Source: a virus
Lineage: Duplodnaviria; Caudoviricetes
Length of the DNA: 64,000 nucleotides
Reading direction: 5' to 3' (one strand)
IMG/VR virus record: IMGVR_UViG_3300013426_000014
Location: 192,001-256,000 of that record
Shown here: positions 18,120 to 28,715 of the stretch, piece after piece
Layout of the letters: every line of letters starts with the position of its first letter
Numbering within the stretch: position 1 is the stretch's first letter
The notes under the pieces: model-generated
Told to the model about the DNA's origin: nothing
The model's input: the letters and a program-made list of their open reading frames with translations, nothing else
Database searches by the model: none
Translations under genes and position numbers: made by a program

Positions 18120-19184
18120 ATGAGTAACCAGATTAAAATACAAAAAAATCAATACCTGAACGATTTTTTAGTAACAGAAGATTTTGATTTCAGCGACATG
18201 TCAGATGTCGACTACACTGACACTTTCAGTGATATGGATCAAGCAGCGGAGGAAATGTTTGATTTCACGGCATGCCTCCGGAAATCCATTCTTATACGCG
18301 CACAGACACAAGAGAAGAAAGGATTTATCCGTGGTTCAGATCCGGCATTTGACTCGCTTTTCGCCACTGCTGTATCTGGTTCTGCTGCAGACGGATGAAA
18401 TGTAGATATCAAATCCACATCAGAAGCAATTCTTCTTAATATATTTGGTGGAACATCTGTGGATAATAATGGTTTCCATACTATTTGTATTGTGCTAGAT
18501 TTAGCGTCCGCCACTGCATCGTGAGTGAAAACTGCGCGATGACGTCTATTATCCTCACCAGAATCCAATACACGATATATTTTGTATATCCGCCCTGCCG
18601 GACCGGGGACTGGAAAAAGAAACGGATCGATGATTGGATCACCGGAATATGTGTTCGGCGATGTCATTGCTGGTGATCCCGTTATTGAGCCGATGGTCGG
18701 GCTTAAACCGATAACATTGCGTACTTTAATCGGCTCGCCTGTGGAAGTGACCGGAGATTTTATCTGTACTATGGATCCCGCTGGTCCGTTTGTCCCGGGT
18801 TTTTTGAACGGAGCGCCGGAACGGATCGGTCAAAACTTCGCGGTCCATGTGACTGGAGAAGAACGCATGTCACGTTCCATGACATCATTTTTGTGGGACG
18901 GAAAAGGAAATATTATTCCGGCTTTCACTGATGGTATCAGACGGGTGGTGAAAGGTTTTTTTGTATACCCACCGCATCCTGGCGCCCGTTCTGTGGAACG
19001 GCGGAAATCTGAATGTGACCTTATTGTGATTGGAACCTCATCATCGCAGCGGAGACTGCCTCCGAGTCTTGTCGGCAAAACGCTTCCGGATATGGAAGTT
19101 TCGACCGGTAATGTGGTTGTATACGGTGATCCGGTGGTATGTGTCAAATGATTGGCAAAGGTCAACGGCGTGTACGTTGAATAA
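18120..19184 (+). CDS. EDFD-family GxPxxVxG-repeat protein, 354 aa, TGA=Trp (18396, 18522, 18540, 19149)
   Basis: Only TGA interrupts the frame; collinear with the 37226 paralog. Confidence 0.85.
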
Positions 19185-19199
19185 AATTAGACAGAAAGA

Positions 19200-20189
19200 A
19201 TAACGGTAGTTAAAAAATATTGTTTGACTGAAGAATTTGATCTGACTGGAATGTCCGAAGTCGACTACACCAACACGTTTTCTGATATTGACGAGAAAGA
19301 ACAAAAGAAATACACAGAGGAGTCCATATTGCGCTCGCATATATTGACATGATACGGCGAGTCGACCATACCGGATTTCATCTGGAATGATGAATGCACA
19401 CATGTCGATTTGAAATTTCCTTCGCATTGCGATTTCTCGCATGACAATATGAATTTGTATCTTTTTGCTGACGGTGTCGCACTCGCCGAAATTGTCCGAA
19501 ATAATATCAGTTATACGATTGATCCATTGTACCAGATAATCGTCAAATTGACCGCGGCCGGACATGGAGACGGCGGAAATATGATTTATACAGGGAACAT
19601 GGACATCGATTTGACTGGATGTCCTGATAAATGTGGAAGGCTTACCATTCAGTTAGATGAGCCGTTTAATACATTTTCTTTCACCGGCTCCCCGCGGGAG
19701 GTCGACGGAGATTTTATCGTCCGTGATATGTGGGCGGACGTCAATGACATGACTGGCGGTCCAGACAGGATCACCGGGTCGTTTTATTGGTATGCAAAGG
19801 CGAATATTCCAGGCAGGCTGAAGTCATTGTTGGGATGCCCGTTCGAAATTATGGGCAATATGTCGGTTGTGAATTCACCGTGCGCTCGATTTCCGTTGAA
19901 TGCAGGGCATAAAGTAAAAATCGGTGGATTACTAAATGCCGGCTATCTTTCTCAAGATACGATTCCGGATATGATCAAAAAACGGGGATACACTGTATTG
20001 TCAGACGGTGCGGTTTTGGAAATGACCACAGGAGGAAAATCTGCTTGATCACACGTAATTAAAGGTGACGACCGTGAACGAGCCGCGCCGGATTTCAAAG
20101 TTGATGGAGATATATATTCCGCCGTATACATCGCATGGAACGATGAGATCGGAGATAAGACTTATATATGGCAGCTGCCGAATTCATAA
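19200..20189 (+). CDS. EDFD-family repeat protein, TGA=Trp (19350, 20046); start uncertain
   Basis: LTEEFDLTGMSEVDYTNTF; GSPREVDGDF, GCPFEIMGN repeats. Confidence 0.75.
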
Positions 20190-20286
20190 GTAAAGACCGT
20201 TAAAATAACATAATATAAAAAAGTTCCGGAAATATTTTCATGTTTCCGGAACTTTCGCTATATTCGTGCTACAAAAATAACAGGTT

Positions 20287-22113
20287 ATGGAAAAGATAAA
20301 TGATAACGTGATGAAATCGACATATATCTATATAGCGACGACCGATCAGTTGCGTAAGCAGCGTAAGCAGAACGTGTTTAAGGTCGGATACGCAGATGAC
20401 GTCGAGCGAAGGATGAAAGAGCTGCGCGGATATGCGAGTTCCAGGAATGACAGGTGGTACGCCATGCATGTGTATGAGGTCGTCAAAAATCCCGGAAAGA
20501 ATCCGGATCACGAGTTTCATGTATGGTATGAGATAAAGCATGGTGTCAAACTTATGACCGATGACGAGATCCGCGCGGTCATTGGGTTGGGGCAAAACGA
20601 CAAGATAAGTGAGAAGGAATTATACCGCGGCATATCGACAGACAGTGACGTTTCTGTCACAGAACTTGACAGTAAGGTACGGGAATTCCTCCGCATCGGC
20701 AAAACAAGTAAGACCGTCAGGACGAACTGGTGCATCCCGGCGAGCAGGACCCCGCGTGAGATCGCGGACATGATGGTTGATAAACTGACGGCGATCAATC
20801 CGAGATTTTTTGATTTCGATTCCAATAAGAATCTGAAAGTTTGCGATTTCGCGTGCAAGGACACATCGTTCGTGAACGCGCTGTTGGACGCGATGTTCAC
20901 TTATAATAACGGAATGTCAATGTCGAAGTCTAAAGCGAAATCACTTATAGAAGATATCCTGTCTGAACATATTTTCGCGTATTGCCTTGATTCTGAACGT
21001 GAAAACATTATGAATGGAGTAAAACGACATATAACGAGTAATCCAGACATATATAAAAAGATGGACGGAAACAAACTGAACGATAAAATATTCCGAAATT
21101 TCACAGTAGAATATATGGAAGAATATAACAGAGATACGATGGACAGCAAACTGGATATGTTGAGTGGCGGTGGAAGAAGGTTCGACGCGGTTGTAATGAA
21201 CCCGCCGTACAGTACGACCGGCGGCGGCAATCTTCACCTTGATTTCACGAAAGCCGCGCTCGAGATAGCGGACAATGTCGTGTCACTGTTTCCGTTCAGC
21301 TTTATCAAAAGGACAAGCAAGCAGTATGAGAAATACAATGTCGCATTCGACGACAGATTGTTGTCAGTGGAGGAGATTTCATCGAAAATGTTCTCAGGGA
21401 CGAACATGCAGAACGTCGGCATATACAATTTCGTGCCGTATAACGACAGTGTGATAACTGTGACCGATTTGACAGGTTCGACGAAAACAGTAAGGTCTTT
21501 GTCAGAGTCGGATGTCGTCAAAGAAGAGTCTGAACTTTTCGACGCGATGAAATCGGTCGGTCATATAAATCATGTCGCGCTATTACGTGATGGCCGAAAC
21601 ATAAGGAAAATGAATCCAAATTTATCTGCCGCCGATGCGCAAATAATCAAATGTAATGAATTAGCAGCCAAACAATCCAGTAAATTCGACAATAAAAAGG
21701 TTTGTCTTGTCGCTTCCGCAATAAGCGGAACGAATACTAAATTTAACGGCAAAATAATATCACAAAGTTCTGGACAAATTTGTGATACAGTTGAATCGTT
21801 GAATGATGCGCTTGTACATATGACCGCGCATAATTATTGCGGGCTATTCGTTAATTCGGTAAAGGCTGCGAAACAGCTCAAACAGTCGTGTCAGGGAAAT
21901 CTTATTCGTTTTTTGATTTACCGGTCACAAAAAGATAGACGTATAACGGCAAGGACGCTTGATTCGATTCCCAACATCGACTGGTCAGATTCGAAGGCGA
22001 AGACAGATCAGGGAATACTTGAACTTTGCGGCATGACACCGGACCGCGCGAGATATTGGGCGGAATACTGCGCCGACAAGATTTATCAGGTTGATCACGG
22101 CAAACTGGTGTAA
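20287..22113 (+). CDS. T5orf172/GIY-YIG-like nuclease plus Eco57I-like methyltransferase region (paralog of 8272)
   Basis: YIYI...FKVGY...ELYR; GGRRFDAVVMNPPY; degenerate motif I (CDFACKDTSF). Confidence 0.7.
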   Translation: MEKINDNVMKSTYIYIATTDQLRKQRKQNVFKVGYADDVERRMKELRGYASSRNDRWYAMHVYEVVKNPGKNPDHEFHVWYEIKHGVKLMTDDEIRAVIGLGQNDKISEKELYRGISTDSDVSVTELDSKVREFLRIGKTSKTVRTNWCIPASRTPREIADMMVDKLTAINPRFFDFDSNKNLKVCDFACKDTSFVNALLDAMFTYNNGMSMSKSKAKSLIEDILSEHIFAYCLDSERENIMNGVKRHITSNPDIYKKMDGNKLNDKIFRNFTVEYMEEYNRDTMDSKLDMLSGGGRRFDAVVMNPPYSTTGGGNLHLDFTKAALEIADNVVSLFPFSFIKRTSKQYEKYNVAFDDRLLSVEEISSKMFSGTNMQNVGIYNFVPYNDSVITVTDLTGSTKTVRSLSESDVVKEESELFDAMKSVGHINHVALLRDGRNIRKMNPNLSAADAQIIKCNELAAKQSSKFDNKKVCLVASAISGTNTKFNGKIISQSSGQICDTVESLNDALVHMTAHNYCGLFVNSVKAAKQLKQSCQGNLIRFLIYRSQKDRRITARTLDSIPNIDWSDSKAKTDQGILELCGMTPDRARYWAEYCADKIYQVDHGKLV

Positions 22114-22115
22114 TT

Positions 22116-22589
22116 ATGGAATCCATGAAATCATACGGCAATTATTCTCGCGTCTCGAACATTTCGATCCCGCCATATTGCGCGGCCGCGCGGGAATATG
22201 ACACGGCGATATGCTATCATCTGAGATACATGAACTATATCGCGCATCCGAATTATTTTAACCGCGGAACCGGATCAAAGATATGCCGTGTCTGCCCGCA
22301 CTGTGTCGGCAGATATTCGGTTTACCCTAAAATTGTGCACGGTTTCTTGTGGAGTATAATGCGCCGGTCGGAATCATATTCTGTTCATGTAGAAGATCAG
22401 CTTGCCAATATTGACGATTACGTGTCGTATACCCGTTACGCGTCGTATCTTGCCGGGCTAACGGATGATACATATTATGACTGCAACAGTATCACATATT
22501 CATTCCATATTGTCAGACTGTATATAAACAAGTGGCACGCTGGCAGACATGCCGAATATGATGTAAATGACATAAACAGTACAGACTAA
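22116..22589 (+). CDS. Cys-rich PxWC-family-like protein
   Basis: IPPYC...CRVCPHC...KWH. Confidence 0.6.
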   Translation: MESMKSYGNYSRVSNISIPPYCAAAREYDTAICYHLRYMNYIAHPNYFNRGTGSKICRVCPHCVGRYSVYPKIVHGFLWSIMRRSESYSVHVEDQLANIDDYVSYTRYASYLAGLTDDTYYDCNSITYSFHIVRLYINKWHAGRHAEYDVNDINSTD

Positions 22590-22846
22590 TGACAGTTAAT
22601 TTACAAACGCCGATACGTGATTTCACACAAGGTCCGGCGCCGGGACAAAATATGCTTGATTTTAAGCGAGACCTGACACCGGCGCAAAAGTACATGCTTA
22701 CGAGAATAAATGTCATGTCGGCGGTCAAGATGTATATGATGTATCATCTTGATCTCAAACTACCAGTGAAGAGAATGACGCCTCCTGTCGATATTAATGA
22801 CACGTTCGATCCATTCCATCCGTTCCATATGATTTCTTTGAAATAA
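22589..22846 (+). CDS. Hypothetical protein
   Basis: TAATG stop-start overlap. Confidence 0.6.
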   Translation: MTVNLQTPIRDFTQGPAPGQNMLDFKRDLTPAQKYMLTRINVMSAVKMYMMYHLDLKLPVKRMTPPVDINDTFDPFHPFHMISLK

Positions 22847-22878
22847 TGCGTCAGTGAGCGATATATAATATATGAAAC

Positions 22879-22951
22879 GGTCGTATGGTTGAATGGTAAC
22901 AATGCCGGCTTGTCACGCCGCGCGGTCCGGGTTCGAATCCCGGTATGACCG
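22879..22951 (+). tRNA. tRNA-Asp(GTC)
   Basis: Loop TTGTCAC. Confidence 0.85.
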
Positions 22952-23116
22952 CAAATAAAATAATAACATGTCCAGGGATCAGTGGGACGGCAAGCGCGGG
23001 TCGGCGTGTCTGTAAGGTGCACACTTAGTAACGGCCTTATGGTGTGTGAAGTCCCGGGTTATAGATGTCCGGAAGATCAGATACCCTATGAAACCGTCCG
23101 GACATGTTTTTTGTAT

Positions 23117-23902
23117 ATGTCTTTTTCGGTCAATGAATATATCAGGTCCGGCGGACGTTCACTTGACGCGGGGATTCGCGCGGGCAGGCGGTATTCCGTG
23201 CTTGAGTCGTTTTACCCGCGGGGAATTGTGCCGGCGGATGTACGGAACAGGTTTGGCGCCGATCCACGGTTCGATTTTATCAATGAGAATCTGAACACGC
23301 ATGATTATAATATCATGATGAAGGCGGTGGAGCGGTATCTCGGTGATCATCTTGACGGATGAAATCCGCTGTTCGGAAAAGACAGGGAGCTTGACATGAT
23401 AGAGCTGCGGTTTCCGTCGTTCATCATGTCGGAAATATATGAGGACGACCCCGGGCTTAGGGATATACTTGACTTTTATGGGTATTACGTCACCCATATT
23501 GAGGATAATGTCATTCAGGTCGAGCCGAAATATTCCAGGAATATGAGTTCATACATATACGGCGAATGCCGTGGGATTGTGTTCCATATGACAGATGTCA
23601 ATAATATTCCATCAATAATGCGGAATGGGCTGAGAACGAAAACGGCGAGGTATCGTATTTTTCCGCGGCGTGTGTATGTGTTCGCCGATCCAGATATCAT
23701 GGATGTTAATGACGATATATTCGCTGAATACGCGCCGGAATTGATGGAGCGTCCAGAGAATTTGTCCGTCCTTAAGCTTGACGTCCGCGGGATGGGTGTC
23801 GATTTTTATCAAGATCTCGCGATGGACAGGGACGGTGTGTTCTTCACGTATACGAATTTGCCAGCGGCGTGTATTGTCGGATGCAGTCGCGTGTTGAAAT
23901 AA
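23117..23902 (+). CDS. Putative ADP-ribosyltransferase-fold protein, TGA=Trp at 23360
   Basis: The 22982 and 23396 ORFs share a frame and are separated only by TGA; FHMT...SIMRNGL...RVYV motif. Confidence 0.65.
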
Positions 23903-23930
23903 AATATATCAGAATCATATATAATTTAAT

Positions 23931-24125
23931 ATGGATAATAATCTTAGGAAATTCGGATGGATCGCGTTTGTAATGGTATCAGTCCTGCTGTTGGTGATCA
24001 CGTCTTCCGGCGTGTGGAACGCGGTTGCGCTTAAGTCAGTTGATCCTTTTTATGGATGGATTGCCGGAGCGAATTTCATTGTTTCTGCATTTTTTATCTG
24101 GAGATATTTCAAAGACAAACTGTAG
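23931..24125 (+). CDS. Small membrane protein
   Basis: Two TM segments. Confidence 0.7.
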   Translation: MDNNLRKFGWIAFVMVSVLLLVITSSGVWNAVALKSVDPFYGWIAGANFIVSAFFIWRYFKDKL

Positions 24126-24157
24126 TCAATACAGTAAAAAACAAAATATTGTGTGTT

Positions 24158-24319
24158 ATGAAGAAATTCATTTCATTCATTCTCGCCGCCGCGATGCTGG
24201 TTTGCGTCATGTCATGCGGTAATAACAAAAAGGCGGATGTCACGGATCAGGACAATGTGACTGTAATCGCGTCCTCTGCTGATTCGACCGCCACGGCGGA
24301 TTCGGTAGTAGTTGAATAA
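24158..24319 (+). CDS. Small lipoprotein
   Basis: MKKFISFILAAAMLVCVMSC lipobox-type signal. Confidence 0.75.
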   Translation: MKKFISFILAAAMLVCVMSCGNNKKADVTDQDNVTVIASSADSTATADSVVVE

Positions 24320-24357
24320 TTTTTACCGGCATAACGGGTGTTTACCCGTTTTTTTAA

Positions 24358-24428
24358 GGCTCTGTAGTTAAACGGTATAATCTCTGTTTTGTACTCAGAT
24401 GTTGTCGGTTCGATTCCGGCCGGAGCCT
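24358..24428 (+). tRNA. tRNA-Thr(TGT)
   Basis: Loop TTTGTAC. Confidence 0.8.
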
Positions 24429-24451
24429 CTAAATTTATTATTCAGACAGAA

Positions 24452-24724
24452 ATGAAACAACGTATTATCGCGATTCTGCTCGCTTTGTTCCTTGGCACAT
24501 TGGGCGTGCATGCGTTTTATCTTAACGATAAGAAACATGGTCAGACGCTGCTTATACTGACATTGGTCGGATGGTTCACGTCATTCCTTCTTATCGGGTT
24601 CATCCCGCTTGTTGTGACAGCGGTATGGGCATTTGTTGATTTCGTCAAACTGTGTCTTATGTCCGACCGGGAGTTTGAACGCAAGTATACCTGTCCGGAA
24701 GAAATTATCGACATATCAGAATAG
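24452..24724 (+). CDS. TM2-domain membrane protein
   Basis: AILLALFLGTLGVHAFYL. Confidence 0.85.
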   Translation: MKQRIIAILLALFLGTLGVHAFYLNDKKHGQTLLILTLVGWFTSFLLIGFIPLVVTAVWAFVDFVKLCLMSDREFERKYTCPEEIIDISE

Positions 24725-24789
24725 ACATATTAGAATAATTTCTTTCGTCTCGATATATAATATATGAAACGGGTTATAAGACCCGAAAT

Positions 24790-24862
24790 GCCACTTTAGC
24801 TCAGTCGGTAGAGCAGCGCATTCGTAACGCGCAGGTCGTCAGTTCGAACCTGATGAGTGGCT
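24790..24862 (+). tRNA. tRNA-Thr(CGT)
   Basis: Loop TTCGTAA. Confidence 0.9.
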
Positions 24863-24874
24863 CAGAGAGTTGAT

Positions 24875-24947
24875 GGGCGTGTGGGATGAGCGGTTTAGTC
24901 CACGGTCTGCAAAACCGTTTGACGCCGGTTCGAATCCGGCCTCGCCC
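24875..24947 (+). tRNA. tRNA-Cys(GCA)
   Basis: ACGGT-CTGCAAA-ACCGT, U73. Confidence 0.85.
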
Positions 24948-25077
24948 TCGGATTTGGATATTTAATGTGATATATACAATACACATAGATTTAATAGATT
25001 TAAGTTTTTGATTACACCTCTTTTTTGGTCCCGGATTTGTTGTGAAATAAGTTCGGGACATTTTATATATAATAATC

Positions 25078-25512
25078 ATGGATAACACACGGTTTGAACA
25101 TTATTATGAGAAAGTTGACGAGGAACGCGACATGCGACGTATCGGATTCGTTCTCACATTGTATTATGCCAGGCGGTTCGAGATAGTGACGTCGAACATC
25201 CGGACCGCGATGAAGGATTTCGACACGGTGTTCCGTCCGTCTGCAGAGCCGACAGTAAAGAAGTATAAGATGCTGTCAACATATTCAACGCGAAACGCGC
25301 ATAATGTCGATGAGAACGGAAAGTCAATATTGTGTAAAGGCATAAGAAATTCGCTGCTGAAAAATGATTATATAAACGTCATTGATCTTGACCGCCGTAT
25401 AACCGGAAAAAAATATGCTGTGGAACAGTTTTCTGTCGGTTATATACGTTTATTGTCGTCGATTTCAGAACAGCAAGGATGTATAATGAAGCATTGCAGG
25501 ATTATCAGGTAA
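25078..25512 (+). CDS. Hypothetical protein
   Basis: 144-aa ORF. Confidence 0.65.
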   Translation: MDNTRFEHYYEKVDEERDMRRIGFVLTLYYARRFEIVTSNIRTAMKDFDTVFRPSAEPTVKKYKMLSTYSTRNAHNVDENGKSILCKGIRNSLLKNDYINVIDLDRRITGKKYAVEQFSVGYIRLLSSISEQQGCIMKHCRIIR

Positions 25513-25609
25513 TAATTTTTTGAAAATATTTTTCTGTTACGGAAAAAACTCTTATATTCGCATTGTCATTCTTGATGACATATTGTTTAACCTTTTAATT
25601 TACAAAGTT

Positions 25610-26014
25610 ATGGCTAAATTGAAGAAGAATCAGTTCCAGAGCGATCTGATGCGTAATTACAAACAGCTGCGTGATTCCAAGGCGCAGGCCGTCGTCACGA
25701 ACTGTGAGAAGGTCTACCGCCGTAAGATCGAGGATCTCGTCGAGAGGTGCCGTCAGGTCGAGATGGACAGACAGGATATCATCAACGAGCTTGTTCCGTC
25801 CGGGTTGGGTCAAACCAATGTCGTGCCATCGGACTTTTCCGCTGAGTCACTCTACCAGAAGGACATTGAGATGGGCAAGGTTGAGCGACGCGCGAAAATC
25901 GAGCTCGAGGTCGCATGCGACCGTTATCAGAAGCTGTTCGGCCCGTTGAAGGAAGCTGAGTCGATCAAAGAGATCCTTCCTGATCTCACGGTTTACGAGT
26001 TCGAGGAGGAATAA
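25610..26014 (+). CDS. Coiled-coil hypothetical protein
   Basis: Coupled (TAATG) to the vWA gene. Confidence 0.75.
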   Translation: MAKLKKNQFQSDLMRNYKQLRDSKAQAVVTNCEKVYRRKIEDLVERCRQVEMDRQDIINELVPSGLGQTNVVPSDFSAESLYQKDIEMGKVERRAKIELEVACDRYQKLFGPLKEAESIKEILPDLTVYEFEEE

Positions 26015-26919
26015 TGGGTTGCGGCACATATAGCTCCGCCGCACGGGAGATCCGTGCGGCGGAGAATGGTTATCGCGACAAATCCGCACGTGAGATATTC
26101 ACGGAGCGGTCATTGAATTCAGAGATGTCGCCGTACGGGCTTGACGTCAGGGAGTCTCGCGATTCAGCGGAACATCCGGATTCGTTCCCGATCATCATCG
26201 CGCTTGACGTCACCGGATCGATGGGCTCAATCCCCACGTATCTTGTCAAGAGGGGATTGCCCGCCATCATGGACAAGATCATAAAGTCCGGCATTAAGGA
26301 TCCACAGGTTCTTTTCCTTGGCATCGGTGATCATGAGTGGGACGATGCGCCGCTGCAGGTCGGACAGTTCGAATCGTCTGACGAACTTCTCGATCACTGG
26401 CTCACGAAAGTATACATCGAAGGGGGCGGCGGCGGTAATGACGGTGAGTCATACCTGCTCGCGTGGGATGTCGCTGCGAGGCATACGTCGACCGACGCGT
26501 GGGAAAAACGCAAAAAGAAAGGATTGTGCGTCACAATTGGTGACGAGAAGACCCTTGAAACCGTACCGCTTTCCGATATGAAGAGATTATACGGTCCGGA
26601 TTGCGCCGGTCAGTCCGCGGGTGACGCGAACATGTTGTTTGTGGCGGCGTCTGAAAAATGGGAATGCTTTCATATCAACCTGACATCCACATATTCCGGA
26701 AAACGCCCTTCCGTTCAGTCGTTCTGGAAGCAGCTATGCGGTGATCATTGCGTTATCGTTGACGACAAGGAGAAAGTCGCGGATGTGATTGCGGATCTCG
26801 CCATAAAGACATACGGTGAAGTCAAGCCTGAAACTGTCGGGCTGGATGACGATGATAATTTCACGATCAAGCCGGCGGGCACAAAGCGGGCCGTTCCGGA
26901 TGACGACTGGGACGATTAA
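26014..26919 (+). CDS. vWA-domain protein
   Basis: MIDAS IIIALDVTGSMG; GGGGNDGESY; TIGDE. Confidence 0.85.
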   Translation: MGCGTYSSAAREIRAAENGYRDKSAREIFTERSLNSEMSPYGLDVRESRDSAEHPDSFPIIIALDVTGSMGSIPTYLVKRGLPAIMDKIIKSGIKDPQVLFLGIGDHEWDDAPLQVGQFESSDELLDHWLTKVYIEGGGGGNDGESYLLAWDVAARHTSTDAWEKRKKKGLCVTIGDEKTLETVPLSDMKRLYGPDCAGQSAGDANMLFVAASEKWECFHINLTSTYSGKRPSVQSFWKQLCGDHCVIVDDKEKVADVIADLAIKTYGEVKPETVGLDDDDNFTIKPAGTKRAVPDDDWDD

Positions 26920-26952
26920 AAATCAGCAACATCAAAATAATTACATAAAAAT

Positions 26953-27066
26953 ATGGGATGTATCAATTACGGGACAGCTCCGATTGAGGTCGAGAAGCAG
27001 GAACAGGTGAAGTCTGATACCGAAAACAAAGAGCATCAGAATAACGACGCGGCGGAAGAATCTTAG
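26953..27066 (+). CDS. 37-aa acidic peptide
   Basis: MGCINYGTAPIEVEKQEQ...; followed by a terminator. Confidence 0.5.
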   Translation: MGCINYGTAPIEVEKQEQVKSDTENKEHQNNDAAEES

Positions 27067-27190
27067 TTCGGCGCCGGAAGTGAATGATTCAGCGGATCCG
27101 TTTTTTACAGGCGGATCCGCGTTTTTTATTATAAAAATTTCCATATGTGAAAATAAAGCGTTATATTTGTGTTGTTAATTGAATTGGATT

Positions 27191-28690
27191 ATGGTAGAGA
27201 CAACACATGTAAAAACAAATATCGTTATCGGTATGGGATTCGGTGACGAGGGAAAAGGCAGAGTCACCGCATGGCTCGCCGATAAAATGGCGCGGACAAC
27301 GTCGGCGCCGTACAGAGACAAGGCGGCGTGTGTCGTCAGGTTTTCCGGCGGGCAGCAGGCGGGACATACCGTCGTGTCGAAACTTGACGGGATGATACCG
27401 TACACGTTCGAGTCAGACAAGTACAGTCATCAAATCCGTCATGTGTTCTCGACCCTCGGTTCCGGGACGCTTTCGGACTTTAATACGTATGTCTCGAAAT
27501 ACTGCGTGTTCGATCCGCAATGCGCTGTGAACGAGTTCCGTGCCATCGGGAATGAGATTGAGAACGAGCTGGTCGGAGTCCCGGTCAAGGGTTTTGATAT
27601 GATCATGCCAGATGACGCCGCTCATGACATGTGCGGAAAATATTGGATGTATCTTCCGAAATGCGTCATCGACCCCCGCGTCCCGTTGACCACACCGTAT
27701 GAGGTGTACGCAAACCAACATTCGGGTGACACCATTTCGGACGGCACGTGCGGGATGGGCGTGTGGGCGACGCGCGTCCGTGAGACGGCGGGTATCTCGA
27801 TCACCGCCGGCGATATGCGGTATCCCGTCGTCTTACGGACCAAACTGAAATCACTCGCCGGCTGGTACCGCAAATCCGGCGTCTTGCCGGCAGATATCGA
27901 TCTCGAGCTCGACAGATGGCTTTCCGCCGTCGATTTGATCATCAGGGACAGCAGACATTTTTCAATCGGTCCGCTTCCCGCATGTTCGGACGGATTGATA
28001 TTCGAAGGGTCACAGGGACTGTTGCTTGACCAGACGCATGGTTTCGCGCCGAACACGACGCCGTCCGATACCGGACTGTCCAACCTCACCGCGTTCGATA
28101 ACGATCTTGGTTTCGGTAAACGTCCGATTAACATGCTCAACGACATATTCTTACGAAACAACGGCGAAGACATGCGCGACATTGTGTTCTCTTCTGACAT
28201 ATATCTCGTCACCCGCGCGTATCAGACGCGGCACGGCGCCGGTTTCATGACGAACGAGACGCTGCCGCACAATATCGCGGATGATCCGGACGAGACAAAT
28301 GTGATGAACGAGTGGCAGAAAGATTTCAGAAAATCAATTCTTGACGTCGATCTGCTCAATTACGCGCTCGACCGCCACATGATATGCGAGACGGTGAACG
28401 GCACGAAGTCGAGACTTCATCTCGTTGTGACATGTGTCGATCATGTGCGTGACGCGTTGTGCTTCACTGAGAACGGGAAGATGCGGCAGTTTTCTGACAC
28501 AGACGAGTTCATCGCGGAAATCGGATCGGCGCTGTTTGACCACAGGACGATCACCAGTGAGGTAAAGCTGCATTATAGCGATTCGCCGTCCGGCCAGATA
28601 AAGGATGCGATGTCGAAACAGGAATATATGCGCCGTAACTACGTGAGATATGCGAGCACATATGATTCGAATTGCGTCGCGATAGGTTAA
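27191..28690 (+). CDS. purA: Adenylosuccinate synthetase-like protein
   Basis: GMGFGDEGKG, RFSGGQQAGHT, GTCGMG, FEGSQGLLLD, RAYQTRHGAG. Confidence 0.85.
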   Translation: MVETTHVKTNIVIGMGFGDEGKGRVTAWLADKMARTTSAPYRDKAACVVRFSGGQQAGHTVVSKLDGMIPYTFESDKYSHQIRHVFSTLGSGTLSDFNTYVSKYCVFDPQCAVNEFRAIGNEIENELVGVPVKGFDMIMPDDAAHDMCGKYWMYLPKCVIDPRVPLTTPYEVYANQHSGDTISDGTCGMGVWATRVRETAGISITAGDMRYPVVLRTKLKSLAGWYRKSGVLPADIDLELDRWLSAVDLIIRDSRHFSIGPLPACSDGLIFEGSQGLLLDQTHGFAPNTTPSDTGLSNLTAFDNDLGFGKRPINMLNDIFLRNNGEDMRDIVFSSDIYLVTRAYQTRHGAGFMTNETLPHNIADDPDETNVMNEWQKDFRKSILDVDLLNYALDRHMICETVNGTKSRLHLVVTCVDHVRDALCFTENGKMRQFSDTDEFIAEIGSALFDHRTITSEVKLHYSDSPSGQIKDAMSKQEYMRRNYVRYASTYDSNCVAIG

Positions 28691-28715
28691 ACAATCAAAA
28701 TAAAATCATAGGGTC

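Noticed and set aside
27191-28690. PurZ / 2-aminoadenine (Z) genome
   Set aside because: The protein keeps the PurA catalytic Asp (GDEGKG), where PurZ has Ser; no datZ/mazZ recognised nearby
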